Assembly: GCA_016181405.1 (NCBI GenBank)
Contig: JACOZJ010000005.1
Coordinates: 25,309 to 89,308 of the forward strand
Length of the DNA: 64,000 nt
DNA from: Candidatus Wildermuthbacteria bacterium
GTDB lineage: Bacteria > Patescibacteriota > Minisyncoccia > Minisyncoccales > UBA10102
Direction of reading: 5' to 3'
In this document: piece after piece, positions 37,720 to 47,400 of the stretch
Layout of the letters: every line of letters begins with the position of its first letter
How positions within the stretch are numbered: position 1 is the stretch's first letter
The notes under the pieces: generated by a model
Database searches by the model: none
What the model was told of the DNA's origin: nothing
What the model saw: only the letters and a program-made list of their open reading frames with translations
Program-made: the position numbers and the translations under genes

Positions 37720-38546
37720 GCGTTAGTATGGAACCAATCAGCTTTGCCTTTATTTTCTCTGCTTTTGTTGCTGGTATTGTCACGTTTTTTGCGCCGTGCA
37801 CTATGCCTTTGGTGCCGGGGTATTTAAGTTTTATTAGTGGAGCTTCGGTCGCGGAGCTGCAGAATCCAAAAAGGGCGACGCGGGCGCGCGCAAAAATATT
37901 TTTCAATGGCGTTTTGTACGTTATCGGCTTTAGTGCTGTTTTTATTTTATTTGGAAGCTTGTTTGGTCTCGGCGGCTCGATATTTTTCCCGTATCGAACG
38001 CTATTGATAAAGCTAGGCGGAATTTTTGTCGTGCTATTCGGGATAGTGTTGCTCATCCCGGCGGTTACTGGAGTTACAAACGGGAAAATAAATTTCCTTA
38101 GGATTTCTTTTTTGCGCTTTCTTGCAGCAGAACGCCAAGTACGGGCTGCCAATAAATTTATACCCGGAAAACCCATAAGCTCACTTTTGTTTGGCGGTGC
38201 TTTCGCGTTGGGGTGGAGCCCCTGCGTGGGGCCAATATTAGGAGTGATTCTTACTTTGGCTGCTTCTTCTGCCACGGTGGGACAAGGTGCGTTTTTACTG
38301 TTTGTATTTTCATTGGGGCTTGCTACTCCATTTTTACTTACGGCGCTTGCGATTGGTTGGGCTTCCACTTATTTTGGGAAAATCGCGCGATACCTCAACT
38401 GGATTTCTCTTTTTGGTGGAGGATTTTTGGTCTTATTGGGAATAATGATGGTAACGAACAACTTTCTTTTTTGGATTGCCTGGATTTACGGTTTTTTTGA
38501 CTTTTTCGGCATCAATTACGAAGGGGTCTTGCTTGATTTGCTTTAA
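37716..38546 (+). CDS. ccdA: cytochrome c biogenesis CcdA/DsbD-family thiol-disulfide transporter
   Basis: FFAPCTMPLVPGYLSFI and a second SPCVGPILG motif, with about 6-7 TM helices. The start is GTG at 37716 or ATG at 37728. Confidence 0.85.
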   Translation: MSVSMEPISFAFIFSAFVAGIVTFFAPCTMPLVPGYLSFISGASVAELQNPKRATRARAKIFFNGVLYVIGFSAVFILFGSLFGLGGSIFFPYRTLLIKLGGIFVVLFGIVLLIPAVTGVTNGKINFLRISFLRFLAAERQVRAANKFIPGKPISSLLFGGAFALGWSPCVGPILGVILTLAASSATVGQGAFLLFVFSLGLATPFLLTALAIGWASTYFGKIARYLNWISLFGGGFLVLLGIMMVTNNFLFWIAWIYGFFDFFGINYEGVLLDLL

Positions 38547-38563
38547 AAAGGGAAAATAGGAAA

Positions 38564-39994
38564 ATGGAAGAAAAACAGGATAAGCAGAATCTCCTGCCTA
38601 CGATTTTCGTGATTTTGGGAGCGACCGGGGATTTAATGCGGCGTAAGCTTGCGCCGGGTTTGTTCCATTTGTATGAACAGGGGCAGCTGCCCCCCTTATT
38701 CCAAGTGATTGGATTCTCACGCGATGAGTTGGCCACTGACAGCTTCCAGGAGATGGTTGCTGGCATAGTGGCGCAAAGAGTACCTGGAGCTGATTTGGAC
38801 GCAATAGGGCGTTTTAAGAAATTTTTTGTGTACCAGCAAGGGCTTTTTGAAGAGAATGAAGGGTATCAAAGCATGGCATCATTCCTTGGCCAGAAAGATG
38901 GGGAATGGATGGTATGCGCCAACAAGCTTTTTTATGTTGCGGCCTCTCCGCAGTATTATGAAACTATTTTCCGCAAGTTAGCCTCTTCTGGCTTAACAAA
39001 GCCGTGCAGTCCTGAAGAGGGGTGGACGCGCGTTATCGTGGAAAAGCCGTTCGGGAAAGATTTGGAAACCGCCAAGGAGCTGGATGGGCTTCTGGGAAAA
39101 CTCTTCAAAGAGGAGCAGATTTACCGGATTGACCATTATTTGGGCAAGGAAACCGTGCAGAATATCTTGGCGTTTCGTTTTTCAAACTATTTTTTGGATC
39201 CCGCGTGGGATAATCGTGGTATTGAGCGCATTCACATAGCTCTCATGGAGCAAGAAACCGTTGGAGAGCGGGGCGGATTTTATGAAGGCATTGGCGCGCT
39301 ACGTGATGTGGGGCAAAACCATGTGCTTCAGCTTCTGGCTTTGTTTTGCATGGAAAATCCAGGGACATTTGGCGCTGCCGAGGTGCGAAAAGCGCGGGCC
39401 GAGATTTTACGCGCCCTGAAAATATGGAAAGGAAGCAATATAGAGAAGATGACTGTGCGCGGCCAGTACGAAGGGTATCGGCAGGAAAAAGGCGTTGACG
39501 CAAATTCTTTAACCGAAACCTATTTCCGCATAGAAACGTATGTGGATAATAAAAGATGGAAGGGAGTGCCAATTATCCTGGAAAGTGGAAAGGCGATGCC
39601 GGAAGATCGCGTGGAGGTAACTGTTACATTTCGACATCCCACTCCGTGCTTGTGCCCCCCAGGAAAACATTACCAAAATACCCTCCGCTATCATGTAGAG
39701 CCAAAAGAGGGAATTCACATTTCTTTTTTGGTGAAAAAGCCGGGGCCTGCCATGGTGTTGGAGGAGAAGGATTTTATCTTTGACTATAAAGAAGCGTTTG
39801 GAGCAGAGCAGGTGGCAGATGCGTATGAACGGCTTTTGTTGAGCGTAATTCGCGGTGACCAGACGCTTTTTGTGAGCACCGAGGAAATTATGGCAGAATG
39901 GGAGTTTGTTGACCCTATTTTGCGCGCGTGGCAGAATACTGCAAGCCCGCTGGAGATATATAAAAAAGGCTCAACACCTGAAGGAAAACTATGA
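38564..39994 (+). CDS. zwf: glucose-6-phosphate dehydrogenase
   Basis: Contains LGATGDLMRRKLAPGLF, RIDHYLGKE and EKPFG. Confidence 0.95.
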   Translation: MEEKQDKQNLLPTIFVILGATGDLMRRKLAPGLFHLYEQGQLPPLFQVIGFSRDELATDSFQEMVAGIVAQRVPGADLDAIGRFKKFFVYQQGLFEENEGYQSMASFLGQKDGEWMVCANKLFYVAASPQYYETIFRKLASSGLTKPCSPEEGWTRVIVEKPFGKDLETAKELDGLLGKLFKEEQIYRIDHYLGKETVQNILAFRFSNYFLDPAWDNRGIERIHIALMEQETVGERGGFYEGIGALRDVGQNHVLQLLALFCMENPGTFGAAEVRKARAEILRALKIWKGSNIEKMTVRGQYEGYRQEKGVDANSLTETYFRIETYVDNKRWKGVPIILESGKAMPEDRVEVTVTFRHPTPCLCPPGKHYQNTLRYHVEPKEGIHISFLVKKPGPAMVLEEKDFIFDYKEAFGAEQVADAYERLLLSVIRGDQTLFVSTEEIMAEWEFVDPILRAWQNTASPLEIYKKGSTPEGKL

Positions 39995-40061
39995 TTAATA
40001 AGCTCGAGCATATGCTTTTCTCGACACGTTCGGCATCAGTTTTCAAAACACCGCCCCCTCG

Positions 40062-40178
40062 CTCGATCTCTTTCGTTTTCCTCGCGCTTAACCCCTCTGC
40101 GGAGTGGACCCTCGCGTCTCGGAAAGACGAAAGAGATCTCGCTTCAGCGGATTCGCATCAATTCGTAATGCGTAGGAG
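40062..40178 (+). repeat. intergenic hairpin repeat, copy 3 (zwf-gnd spacer), with a degenerate ATTCGTA-type extension
   Basis: 40062-40141 is identical by eye to 27378-27457. The tail GATTCGCATCAATTCGTAATGCGTAGGAG ends 3 nt before the gnd ATG. Confidence 0.9.
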
Positions 40179-40181
40179 AAT

Positions 40182-41063
40182 ATGAGAAAAGAAATTGGTT
40201 ACATTGGTTTGGGTAAGATGGGAAGCGCCATGGTTGCCCGGCTGGAGAAAAAAGGTTGGCGCGTAGCAACATATGACGTGAACGGCCAGGGCACAGCAGA
40301 AAGCATTAAACAGCTCGTTGCGGGGCTTGGAAAACCGCGCGTTATCTGGATGATGGTTCCCGCTGGCGATCCGGTTGATCGGGCGCTGTTTCAGGATAAT
40401 GGTCTTGTTGTCCTGCTGGAGAAAGGCGATATTGTGCTAGACGGAGGAAATTCATTTTACGAAGATTCCATGAGGCGATCAGAGAAACTTCAAAGGATAG
40501 GTGTGTCGTTTATGGATGTAGGGGTTTCAGGAGGGCCTGCAACAGTACAGGAGGGGAAGCTAGCACTTATGATTGGAGGAGACAAGAGGGTGTTTGAAAA
40601 ACTCAAGCCTTTGTTTGGAGATCTTACGAGAAAGGAAAGTTTTGGGTATATGGGTGAATCGGGCGCCGGGCATTTCGTGAAAATGGTGCACAATGGAATT
40701 GAATACGGCGTGATGCAGTCGCTTGCGGAAGGGTTTGCTCTTCTCAAGCAATCGCCCTTCGGGCTAGACGTCCAGGAAGTGGCCCGTGTGTACAATCATG
40801 GCAGTGTTATTGAATCGCGGCTGACTGGCTGGCTTGAGCAAGGGTTGAAGAAATACGGGCAGGAACTTAAAGAGGCTTCTGGAGCGGTGGCGCATACAGG
40901 GGAGGGTGAGTGGACTGTGAAGACCGCAAGAAAATTGCAGGTCTTTACGCCGGTTATTAAGGCCGCATTGGATTTTCGCCTGCAGTCTGCGAAACAGCCG
41001 AGCTACACTGGGAAAATTTTAATGATGTTGCGGAATCAATTCGGTGGTCACAGTATCAAATAG
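40182..41063 (+). CDS. gnd: 6-phosphogluconate dehydrogenase, short (about 300-aa) decarboxylating form
   Basis: IGYIGLGKMGSAM (Rossmann), GGNSFY, VSGG and GAGHFVKMVHNGIEYG. Confidence 0.85.
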   Translation: MRKEIGYIGLGKMGSAMVARLEKKGWRVATYDVNGQGTAESIKQLVAGLGKPRVIWMMVPAGDPVDRALFQDNGLVVLLEKGDIVLDGGNSFYEDSMRRSEKLQRIGVSFMDVGVSGGPATVQEGKLALMIGGDKRVFEKLKPLFGDLTRKESFGYMGESGAGHFVKMVHNGIEYGVMQSLAEGFALLKQSPFGLDVQEVARVYNHGSVIESRLTGWLEQGLKKYGQELKEASGAVAHTGEGEWTVKTARKLQVFTPVIKAALDFRLQSAKQPSYTGKILMMLRNQFGGHSIK

Positions 41064-41071
41064 AACACGGT

Positions 41072-41788
41072 ATGAAAGTTTCAAAAAGCGCCAGCAGGGA
41101 AGCTGCAATGAGAAAAGCGATTACGCGGTTAAACAAATGCTTGCGAAGCGCCACAAGAAAACAAGTTCTTCTTATGCTGTCTGGCGGCTCTTCGCTTGAA
41201 CTGGCCGCGGGCATAGACATGCGGCATATCGGTAAACACATTACCATTGCGGCTCTCGACGAGCGATATAGCCGAGATCCCGCTGTGAATAATTTTTCCC
41301 AGATTACCGAAACTGAATTTTGCAAAAAGGCAGAGCGGAAAGGAGTGGATTATATCGATACAAGAATCAATCGCCGTATAAGTTTGTATGGGTTGGCAGG
41401 AAAATTTGAGCGGGGTCTCAAGAGCTGGAAAAAGAAACATCCTGCCGGTCGCGTTATCATTACGCAGGGCATTGGAGAAGACGGACATACCGCTGGCATC
41501 CTGCCGTATCCTGAAAATCCCAAAAGGTTCGCGCAACTTTTCGAGAGACCGAGCCGGTGGGCAGTGGGTTACAACGCGACAAAAGGGAAAAATAAATATC
41601 TGCGCCGTGTTACGGTAACGTTTCCTTTTTTATGGGAACAGGTAGATTGTGCTGTGGTGTATGCTACCGGATCCAAAAAGAGAAAGGCATTGCGCCGGGT
41701 TTTCGCAGAGAAAGGAAATCTTGCAAAAACTCCTGCTCGCGTGATACGACAAATGAAGAACGTTTTTCTTTTCACTGATATTTCTTAG
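41072..41788 (+). CDS. pgl: 6-phosphogluconolactonase
   Basis: LMLSGGSS and GIGEDGHTAGILP motifs of the SugarP_isomerase/Pgl family, in a PPP context. Confidence 0.75.
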   Translation: MKVSKSASREAAMRKAITRLNKCLRSATRKQVLLMLSGGSSLELAAGIDMRHIGKHITIAALDERYSRDPAVNNFSQITETEFCKKAERKGVDYIDTRINRRISLYGLAGKFERGLKSWKKKHPAGRVIITQGIGEDGHTAGILPYPENPKRFAQLFERPSRWAVGYNATKGKNKYLRRVTVTFPFLWEQVDCAVVYATGSKKRKALRRVFAEKGNLAKTPARVIRQMKNVFLFTDIS

Positions 41789-41801
41789 AGCATTTATTTT
41801 T

Positions 41802-42647
41802 ATGAAACCAGAGAATTTGAGAACAAAAATATTTTTGGACAGTGGGGATCCGGCAGAAACAAAAGAAGTAATGGCGTTTCTCGGATTTCTCGATGGGCAA
41901 ACAACGAATCCCTCCCTCATAGCGAAAAATCCCGAAACCGCGGGAAAAAAGTTCACCAGGGAGGAGCTCCTCGGGTTCTACCGTAAAGTCGTGCAGGAAG
42001 TATCGCGAGTTATTCCCGAGGGTTCCGTATCCATTGAGGTGTATGCGGATAAGAATACGAACGCCGAAGAAATGCTTAGACAAGGGAAAGAAATGTTCGC
42101 TTGGATTCCAAACGCCCATATTAAATATCCGACAACCAGGGAGGGGCTGAAGGCGGCTCAACAAAGTGTCAAAGAAGGTATGCGCGTGAACATGACGCTT
42201 GTTTTTTCCCAACAACAGGCAGCGGCCGTGTATGCCGCTACGCGCGGCGCAAAAAGGGGTGACGTGTTCCTTTCTCCCTTTATCGGCCGGCTCGACGATC
42301 GGGGAGAGAACGGTATGAATTTGATTGAGAATATCTTAAAGATGTACCAAAAAGGTGATGGCCATGTGGAAGTTTTAACTGCGTCTGTGCGGAATCTCCA
42401 CCATCTGCTCGCGGCAGTTCAATTGGGTTCGGATATTCTTACAAGCCCCCTCAAAGTTCTGCGAGAGTGGGGGGAAGCAGGCTTGCCGGTGTATGAGGAT
42501 TTTTATAAGCCAGAAGCACTTACGCCTATTCTTTACGAAGAATTGAACTTGGAACAAGATTGGACCGCGTTTGACATTTCACATGAGCTGACCGACTCTG
42601 GGGTAGATAGATTCGCCGCGGACTGGAACAAATTGCTCGGCCGATAA
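41802..42647 (+). CDS. tal: transaldolase / fructose-6-phosphate aldolase family protein
   Basis: IFLDSGDPAE...DGQTTNPSLIAKNP and KYPTT..GL.A. Confidence 0.8.
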   Translation: MKPENLRTKIFLDSGDPAETKEVMAFLGFLDGQTTNPSLIAKNPETAGKKFTREELLGFYRKVVQEVSRVIPEGSVSIEVYADKNTNAEEMLRQGKEMFAWIPNAHIKYPTTREGLKAAQQSVKEGMRVNMTLVFSQQQAAAVYAATRGAKRGDVFLSPFIGRLDDRGENGMNLIENILKMYQKGDGHVEVLTASVRNLHHLLAAVQLGSDILTSPLKVLREWGEAGLPVYEDFYKPEALTPILYEELNLEQDWTAFDISHELTDSGVDRFAADWNKLLGR

Positions 42648-42681
42648 AATTGTGTGAGAAATTTCATTGGCCGTGTTTTTT

Positions 42682-44595
42682 ATGCCCAAGTATAAACCTA
42701 TTCGAGACTACGCGATTATTGGAAACCGCAGGTCTGCCGCTTTGGTGGCGAAAGACGGAACAATAGACTGGACGCCAGCCCCTTTTTTGGATTCCCCGTC
42801 TGTATTTGCCGCGCTCTTAGATTACACGAAAGGAGGATTTTGGGCTATCCAGCCGATTGGAAAGTTTGAATCCATTCAGGAATATATGCCGGAAACTAAT
42901 ATTCTTGTTACACGATTTACAACAAAACAAGGTGTGATGGAGCTTATAGATTGCTTGCCTATTAAAAACGGAAATGGAAACGGAAGCCCGCTTGGCACTT
43001 TCCAAATCGAGAATAGCATAAAGTCTGTTCCATTAGAGAAAGACGAAATTTTTGAAATTCAGAGGAAAGTCGTATGCAAGGAAGGGCAGTGTGACATTAA
43101 AATTTTCTTCCAGCCGCGGTTTGACTACGCGCGGGGGACAACAAAGCTTTCCCTTGTAGACGGCGGGGTAATAGCTGAAAAGGGAGATTTGAAGGGGATA
43201 CTTATATCCAACGCAACATATGAGATTCAAGAGGTGGATGCCGATATCGAAACTCAACAGCGCGCCGTCGCATATGTATCTTTTGCAAAAGGTCAGCAGC
43301 ACTACCTTACGTTTCGGTACAATACTACTGAAATCGCGAGCCAAGAAGATGCGTATTATGAACACACGTTGCAGGAAACGAAGCAGTTTTGGGAAGAGTG
43401 GGTGCGCAGGTGCGATCTGGAGACTTGCCCCATTGAGTATCCGTGGCACGAGGCGGTCATACGTTCATCGCTCGTGCTCAAAATTTTATTTTTTGAGCCT
43501 CCGGGCTCGATTGCGGCTGCGGCTACCACTTCCTTGCCTGAAGAAATAGGAGGAGAAAGAAACTGGGATTATCGATTCAGCTGGGTTCGCGATTCTGCTT
43601 TTACTCTTCAGGCGCTCTTTTGGTTAGGATACATAAAAGAGGCGGATGAATATATCAGATGGCTTATTGGCGAATGTCGTGAGGCCGAAGATGGGCCGGA
43701 AAATCTCCAGATTATGTATGGATTGCGCGGGCAAAAAAATCTTACAGAGCAGATTCTTGGCCACTTCGACGGCTATATGGGGTCAAAGCCGATTCGAGTG
43801 GGGAACGCTGCTTTTTCTCAAAAGCAGTGGGACGTCTATGGGGGAATTCTTAACATGGTATGGCGATTGCATCGCATGCGCAAGGATTACAAGGTTAGCC
43901 CGAAAACATGGGTGATGCTTCGGGCATTCGCAAACTATGTAGTAAAGATATGGCGCGAACCAGATGAAGGACTTTGGGAGGTGCGAGGAGGGAAAAGGCA
44001 TTTTGTGCACTCTAAGGTTATGTGTTGGGTGGCTCTTGACCGCATCTTGAAGCTCGGACGGGCATACGGCTTTGAGGAAGAAAACGAAGTGTGGGAAAGG
44101 GAGCGCGATGCGATACGCAAAGAAATTATGGGAAAGGGATGGTCCGCAAAACAGAATTCTTTTGTACAGAGCTTTGGTTCAGAAGATCTCGATGCTTCTT
44201 CGCTTTTAATGCCAGTGCTCGGATTCATAGATGGGAGGGATCCAAAAATGATTTCCACTATCCGCGCCATTGAAAATACCTTGGCGGCAAATGATGGTTT
44301 GCTTTATCGCTACAAGTCTGCAGATGGACTTGCAGGAGGAGAGGGAGCATTTTTTCTCTGTTCCTTTTGGCTTGTGGATGCGCTTGTGTTTGCAGGGGAA
44401 AGAGAGAGCGCCCAACAGATTTTCGAGACGCTGCTTTCCTATCGCAATCACGTCGGCCTCCTTTCAGAAGAGATCGCCCCTGAAACAAAAGACTTTCTCG
44501 GCAATTTCCCTCAGGCCTACGCCCATATTGGTCTTATCAACAGCGCGTTTTATCTCTCTTTTGACGAAGAAACCTTGAAGAAAATTATCTCATAA
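42682..44595 (+). CDS. glycoside hydrolase family 15 (glucoamylase/glucodextranase-like)
   Basis: YKPIRDYAIIGNRRSAALV N-domain start and NWDYRFSWVRDSAF catalytic-domain motif. C-terminus LSEEI....LGNFPQAYAHIGLI. The track ORF begins at a TTG at 42667. Confidence 0.85.
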   Translation: MPKYKPIRDYAIIGNRRSAALVAKDGTIDWTPAPFLDSPSVFAALLDYTKGGFWAIQPIGKFESIQEYMPETNILVTRFTTKQGVMELIDCLPIKNGNGNGSPLGTFQIENSIKSVPLEKDEIFEIQRKVVCKEGQCDIKIFFQPRFDYARGTTKLSLVDGGVIAEKGDLKGILISNATYEIQEVDADIETQQRAVAYVSFAKGQQHYLTFRYNTTEIASQEDAYYEHTLQETKQFWEEWVRRCDLETCPIEYPWHEAVIRSSLVLKILFFEPPGSIAAAATTSLPEEIGGERNWDYRFSWVRDSAFTLQALFWLGYIKEADEYIRWLIGECREAEDGPENLQIMYGLRGQKNLTEQILGHFDGYMGSKPIRVGNAAFSQKQWDVYGGILNMVWRLHRMRKDYKVSPKTWVMLRAFANYVVKIWREPDEGLWEVRGGKRHFVHSKVMCWVALDRILKLGRAYGFEEENEVWERERDAIRKEIMGKGWSAKQNSFVQSFGSEDLDASSLLMPVLGFIDGRDPKMISTIRAIENTLAANDGLLYRYKSADGLAGGEGAFFLCSFWLVDALVFAGERESAQQIFETLLSYRNHVGLLSEEIAPETKDFLGNFPQAYAHIGLINSAFYLSFDEETLKKIIS

Positions 44596-44609
44596 TTTAT
44601 ACTGCGTAT

Positions 44610-45539
44610 ATGAGGTATGATCTTATCGTTGTAGGTTCGGGAGCGGCGGGGTTGGCTGCCGCGTTGTACGCGGGCAGATATAAAATGTCCACCCTTGTGG
44701 TTGCGGGGGAATTTGGCGGGGAAACAAGTACGGCGGGAAGAATTGAAAATTATCCTGGAGTGAAGGCGCTCGACGGATATGAGTTGATGAAGATAATGAA
44801 AGAGCAGGCCGTGGAGGCTGGCGCGGAAATCGCGAAAGGACGGGTAATGAGCATTGAGAAAAGCGAGAACGGATTCCGCGTGGCCACCGAAAAAGAAATG
44901 TTTGAGGGAGCAACGGTGATTCTTGCCATTGGTTCTCGAAGACGCCATCTCGACCTTCCCAATGAAAAAGAGCTTACGGGCAACGGGGTGCACTATTGCT
45001 GGACGTGCGACGGTCCTTTGTATGGCGGCAAGACCGTGGCAATGGTGGGTGGAGGTGATTCTTCGGTGAAAGGGGTAAATTTCCTGGCAGAATACGCAAA
45101 GAAAGTTTATTTAATTGTGCGGGGTCCAGAGGTGCACGCAGAGCCAATAAACGCAGAGCGCATGAAAAACCTCGGAGATAAAGTAGAGGTATTGCTCGAC
45201 CATGAGGTCAAGGAGATCGTAGGAGCGCAGAAGTTGGAAAAGCTGGTTCTTTCAAGTACAAAGCACAAAGCCGGCGAAGAATCGGACGATCTGGTAGTGG
45301 ATGGCATGTTTATTGAAATTGGTTTTGATCCAGACAGGACGTTTGCTGACCAGCTGGGACTTGAGCTCGACGAGAAAGGATACATGAAAGTGGACAATAT
45401 GATGCGCACGAAGGTGCCGGGAATTTTCGCGGCGGGCGACGCCACCACACATTTCGGCAGTTTTAAGCAGGATATTACAGCGGCGGCTACGGGGGCTGTG
45501 GCAGCTACCGCAGCATACGAGTATCTTGCGAGGAGCTAA
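44610..45539 (+). CDS. trxB: thioredoxin-disulfide reductase
   Basis: Contains DLIVVGSGAAGLAAALYAGR, the redox CWTCDG, GGGDSS and GIFAAGD. Confidence 0.9.
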   Translation: MRYDLIVVGSGAAGLAAALYAGRYKMSTLVVAGEFGGETSTAGRIENYPGVKALDGYELMKIMKEQAVEAGAEIAKGRVMSIEKSENGFRVATEKEMFEGATVILAIGSRRRHLDLPNEKELTGNGVHYCWTCDGPLYGGKTVAMVGGGDSSVKGVNFLAEYAKKVYLIVRGPEVHAEPINAERMKNLGDKVEVLLDHEVKEIVGAQKLEKLVLSSTKHKAGEESDDLVVDGMFIEIGFDPDRTFADQLGLELDEKGYMKVDNMMRTKVPGIFAAGDATTHFGSFKQDITAAATGAVAATAAYEYLARS

Positions 45540-45582
45540 GTTCATATGATAGGGTAGAGGGTATATAATACGCTAAATTTTT

Positions 45583-46275
45583 ATGGAAAACTACAAAAGT
45601 CTGTTCGTTCCTGCATCAATTCTTGGAGCGGGAGTAATCATAGCAGTTGCGGTCTTCGCTACCGGAGGCCTGAATATTCCTGCCCAGCAAGGTTTGTCCG
45701 CGCAAACAGGAGGTGACTTGCCCGAAGATAACAAGGTTGCTAGTCTAGTCCCTACCGTAAGCGCCGGAGACTATATTCGCGGTAATCCTTCAGCTCCTAT
45801 TACGATTATTGAATACTCTGACTTCCAGTGTCCGTTTTGCAGGCAGTTTCACCCATCAATAGTACAGGCGTTAGGGGAATATGGGGATCAGGTGAGGTGG
45901 GTATATAGGCATTTCCCGCTTGATCAAATTCACTCTGAAGCAAGGCCGGCGGCAGAGGCCGCAGAATGCGTGGGTGAGCAAAAGGGTTCAGAGGGTTTTT
46001 GGCAGTTCGCGGACGCGATGTTTGCAAATCAACAGCGCTTGGGTAACGCGCTCTATCGAGAAGTCGCAGAGCAAGCTGGAGTCAATATGGCTCAGTTTGA
46101 CGCATGCGTGAGCGCGCACACATACGCAAATAAAGTAGAAGCGCAACTTCAGGAAGGCGTGGGTTTTGGCATAACTGGTACGCCCGGAAGCTTCGTAAAT
46201 AATACTCCTATTCGGGGTGCGCTTCCCTATGCCAACTTAAAAGCAATCATCGATGCAGAATTAGGAAAACTATGA
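45583..46275 (+). CDS. DsbA-family thioredoxin-fold protein (membrane-anchored/secreted)
   Basis: An N-terminal TM helix, the FQCPFC active site, and GTPGSFVN (cis-Pro region). Confidence 0.8.
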   Translation: MENYKSLFVPASILGAGVIIAVAVFATGGLNIPAQQGLSAQTGGDLPEDNKVASLVPTVSAGDYIRGNPSAPITIIEYSDFQCPFCRQFHPSIVQALGEYGDQVRWVYRHFPLDQIHSEARPAAEAAECVGEQKGSEGFWQFADAMFANQQRLGNALYREVAEQAGVNMAQFDACVSAHTYANKVEAQLQEGVGFGITGTPGSFVNNTPIRGALPYANLKAIIDAELGKL

Positions 46276-46949
46276 AAAGTATTTTTCTTTGGGGTGGAGT
46301 AGGTGTCGCGATTGCGGCCGGGATTTTTCTGGTTCTTTCTTTTGCTACTCCTCCTGCTCAAGACCAACAAAACGATTTAGCCTCCCCACTTTCCCTTCCT
46401 GTTTCCGCGCGCGACAATATCAAGGGGAATCGTGATTCTTCATTGGTGTTGGTGGAGTATGGCGATTTCCAGTGCCCCGCATGCGCCGCGTATGTTTCCC
46501 TTATTAAGCAGTTGGAGCAGGAATTCGGCAGCGAAATAGCGGTTGTGTATCGTCATTTCCCTTTGCGGCAGATTCACCCGAATGCGGAACTTTCAGCGCG
46601 AGCGGCACAAGCAGCAGCTCTCCAGGGAAAGTTTTGGGAAATGCATGATGTTCTGTTCGAAAAGCAGTCTTCGTGGGCGAAAATATCCAACCCCGAGGAT
46701 ACGTTCGCAGAATACGCCGTTTCTGTGGGTTTGGACGAACAGCAATTTCGCAACGACCTGAAATCAAATGAAGTGCGCGATCGCGTACAGGAAGATTATG
46801 CGTCCGCGCTTGCAGATGGCCTAAATGGTACTCCCTCTTTTTTCTTTAGGGGGGTACGGATTTCAAACCCTCAAACGTATGAACAATTCCGCCAGCTTAT
46901 TTCCTCGGCGCTCGGAGAACATGGAAGCTCCAAGGAAGCCGCAGAGTGA
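46272..46949 (+). CDS. DsbA-family thioredoxin-fold protein, second paralog
   Basis: An N-terminal TM helix, the FQCPAC active site, and GTPSFFF. ATGA overlap with the upstream gene. Confidence 0.8.
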   Translation: MKSIFLWGGVGVAIAAGIFLVLSFATPPAQDQQNDLASPLSLPVSARDNIKGNRDSSLVLVEYGDFQCPACAAYVSLIKQLEQEFGSEIAVVYRHFPLRQIHPNAELSARAAQAAALQGKFWEMHDVLFEKQSSWAKISNPEDTFAEYAVSVGLDEQQFRNDLKSNEVRDRVQEDYASALADGLNGTPSFFFRGVRISNPQTYEQFRQLISSALGEHGSSKEAAE

Positions 46950-47400
46950 ATCGGCGCCCAAATGGCTGGTTTTTGCTATGCTGGGCTTGAGTTTCGCGGG
47001 ACTTCTCGATGCTGCTTATCTTACAGCCAAGCACTACCTCGGGTTTGAAATACCCTGTTCCATTTTGAACGGATGTGAGCAGGTCTTAAGCAGTCAATAC
47101 GCCACCGTATTTGGGATACCCGTGGCGCTGTTCGGAGCTTTTTACTACCTTGCGGTTTTGCTTTTGATTGTCGCGTTTCTTGATCGGAAAAACGCGGTAT
47201 TTCTGAAGGGGGCTGTACTTTTGCCAATAGGAGGATTTTTAGCTACGCTTTGGTTCCTGTTCGCGCAGATAGTTTTGCTGAACGCGCTTTGTTTCTACTG
47301 TTTGGTTTCTGGCTTATTGACTACATCTTTGTTTGCCCTATCAGTTTATTTCATCTGGCATGGATATTTTGAAGGGTTCCGGAGAAACGGAAACATTTGA
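46921..47400 (+). CDS. vitamin K epoxide reductase (VKOR) family protein
   Basis: Starts at the ATG at 46921 (MEAPRK...). A loop Cys pair (PCSILNGC) and a CFYC CxxC in a TM helix, with 4 TM helices. Confidence 0.8.
   Translation: MEAPRKPQSESAPKWLVFAMLGLSFAGLLDAAYLTAKHYLGFEIPCSILNGCEQVLSSQYATVFGIPVALFGAFYYLAVLLLIVAFLDRKNAVFLKGAVLLPIGGFLATLWFLFAQIVLLNALCFYCLVSGLLTTSLFALSVYFIWHGYFEGFRRNGNI

Noticed and set aside
37688-38368. A 226-aa minus-strand ORF.
   Set aside because: It is antisense to ccdA, which has its diagnostic Cys-Pro motifs on the + strand.
39991-40185. A 64-aa ORF in the zwf-gnd spacer, and similarly the ORF at 1926..2309.
   Set aside because: Both are translations of the intergenic hairpin repeat. 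The same DNA recurs in the atpE-atpF spacer, where no equivalent ORF is open.
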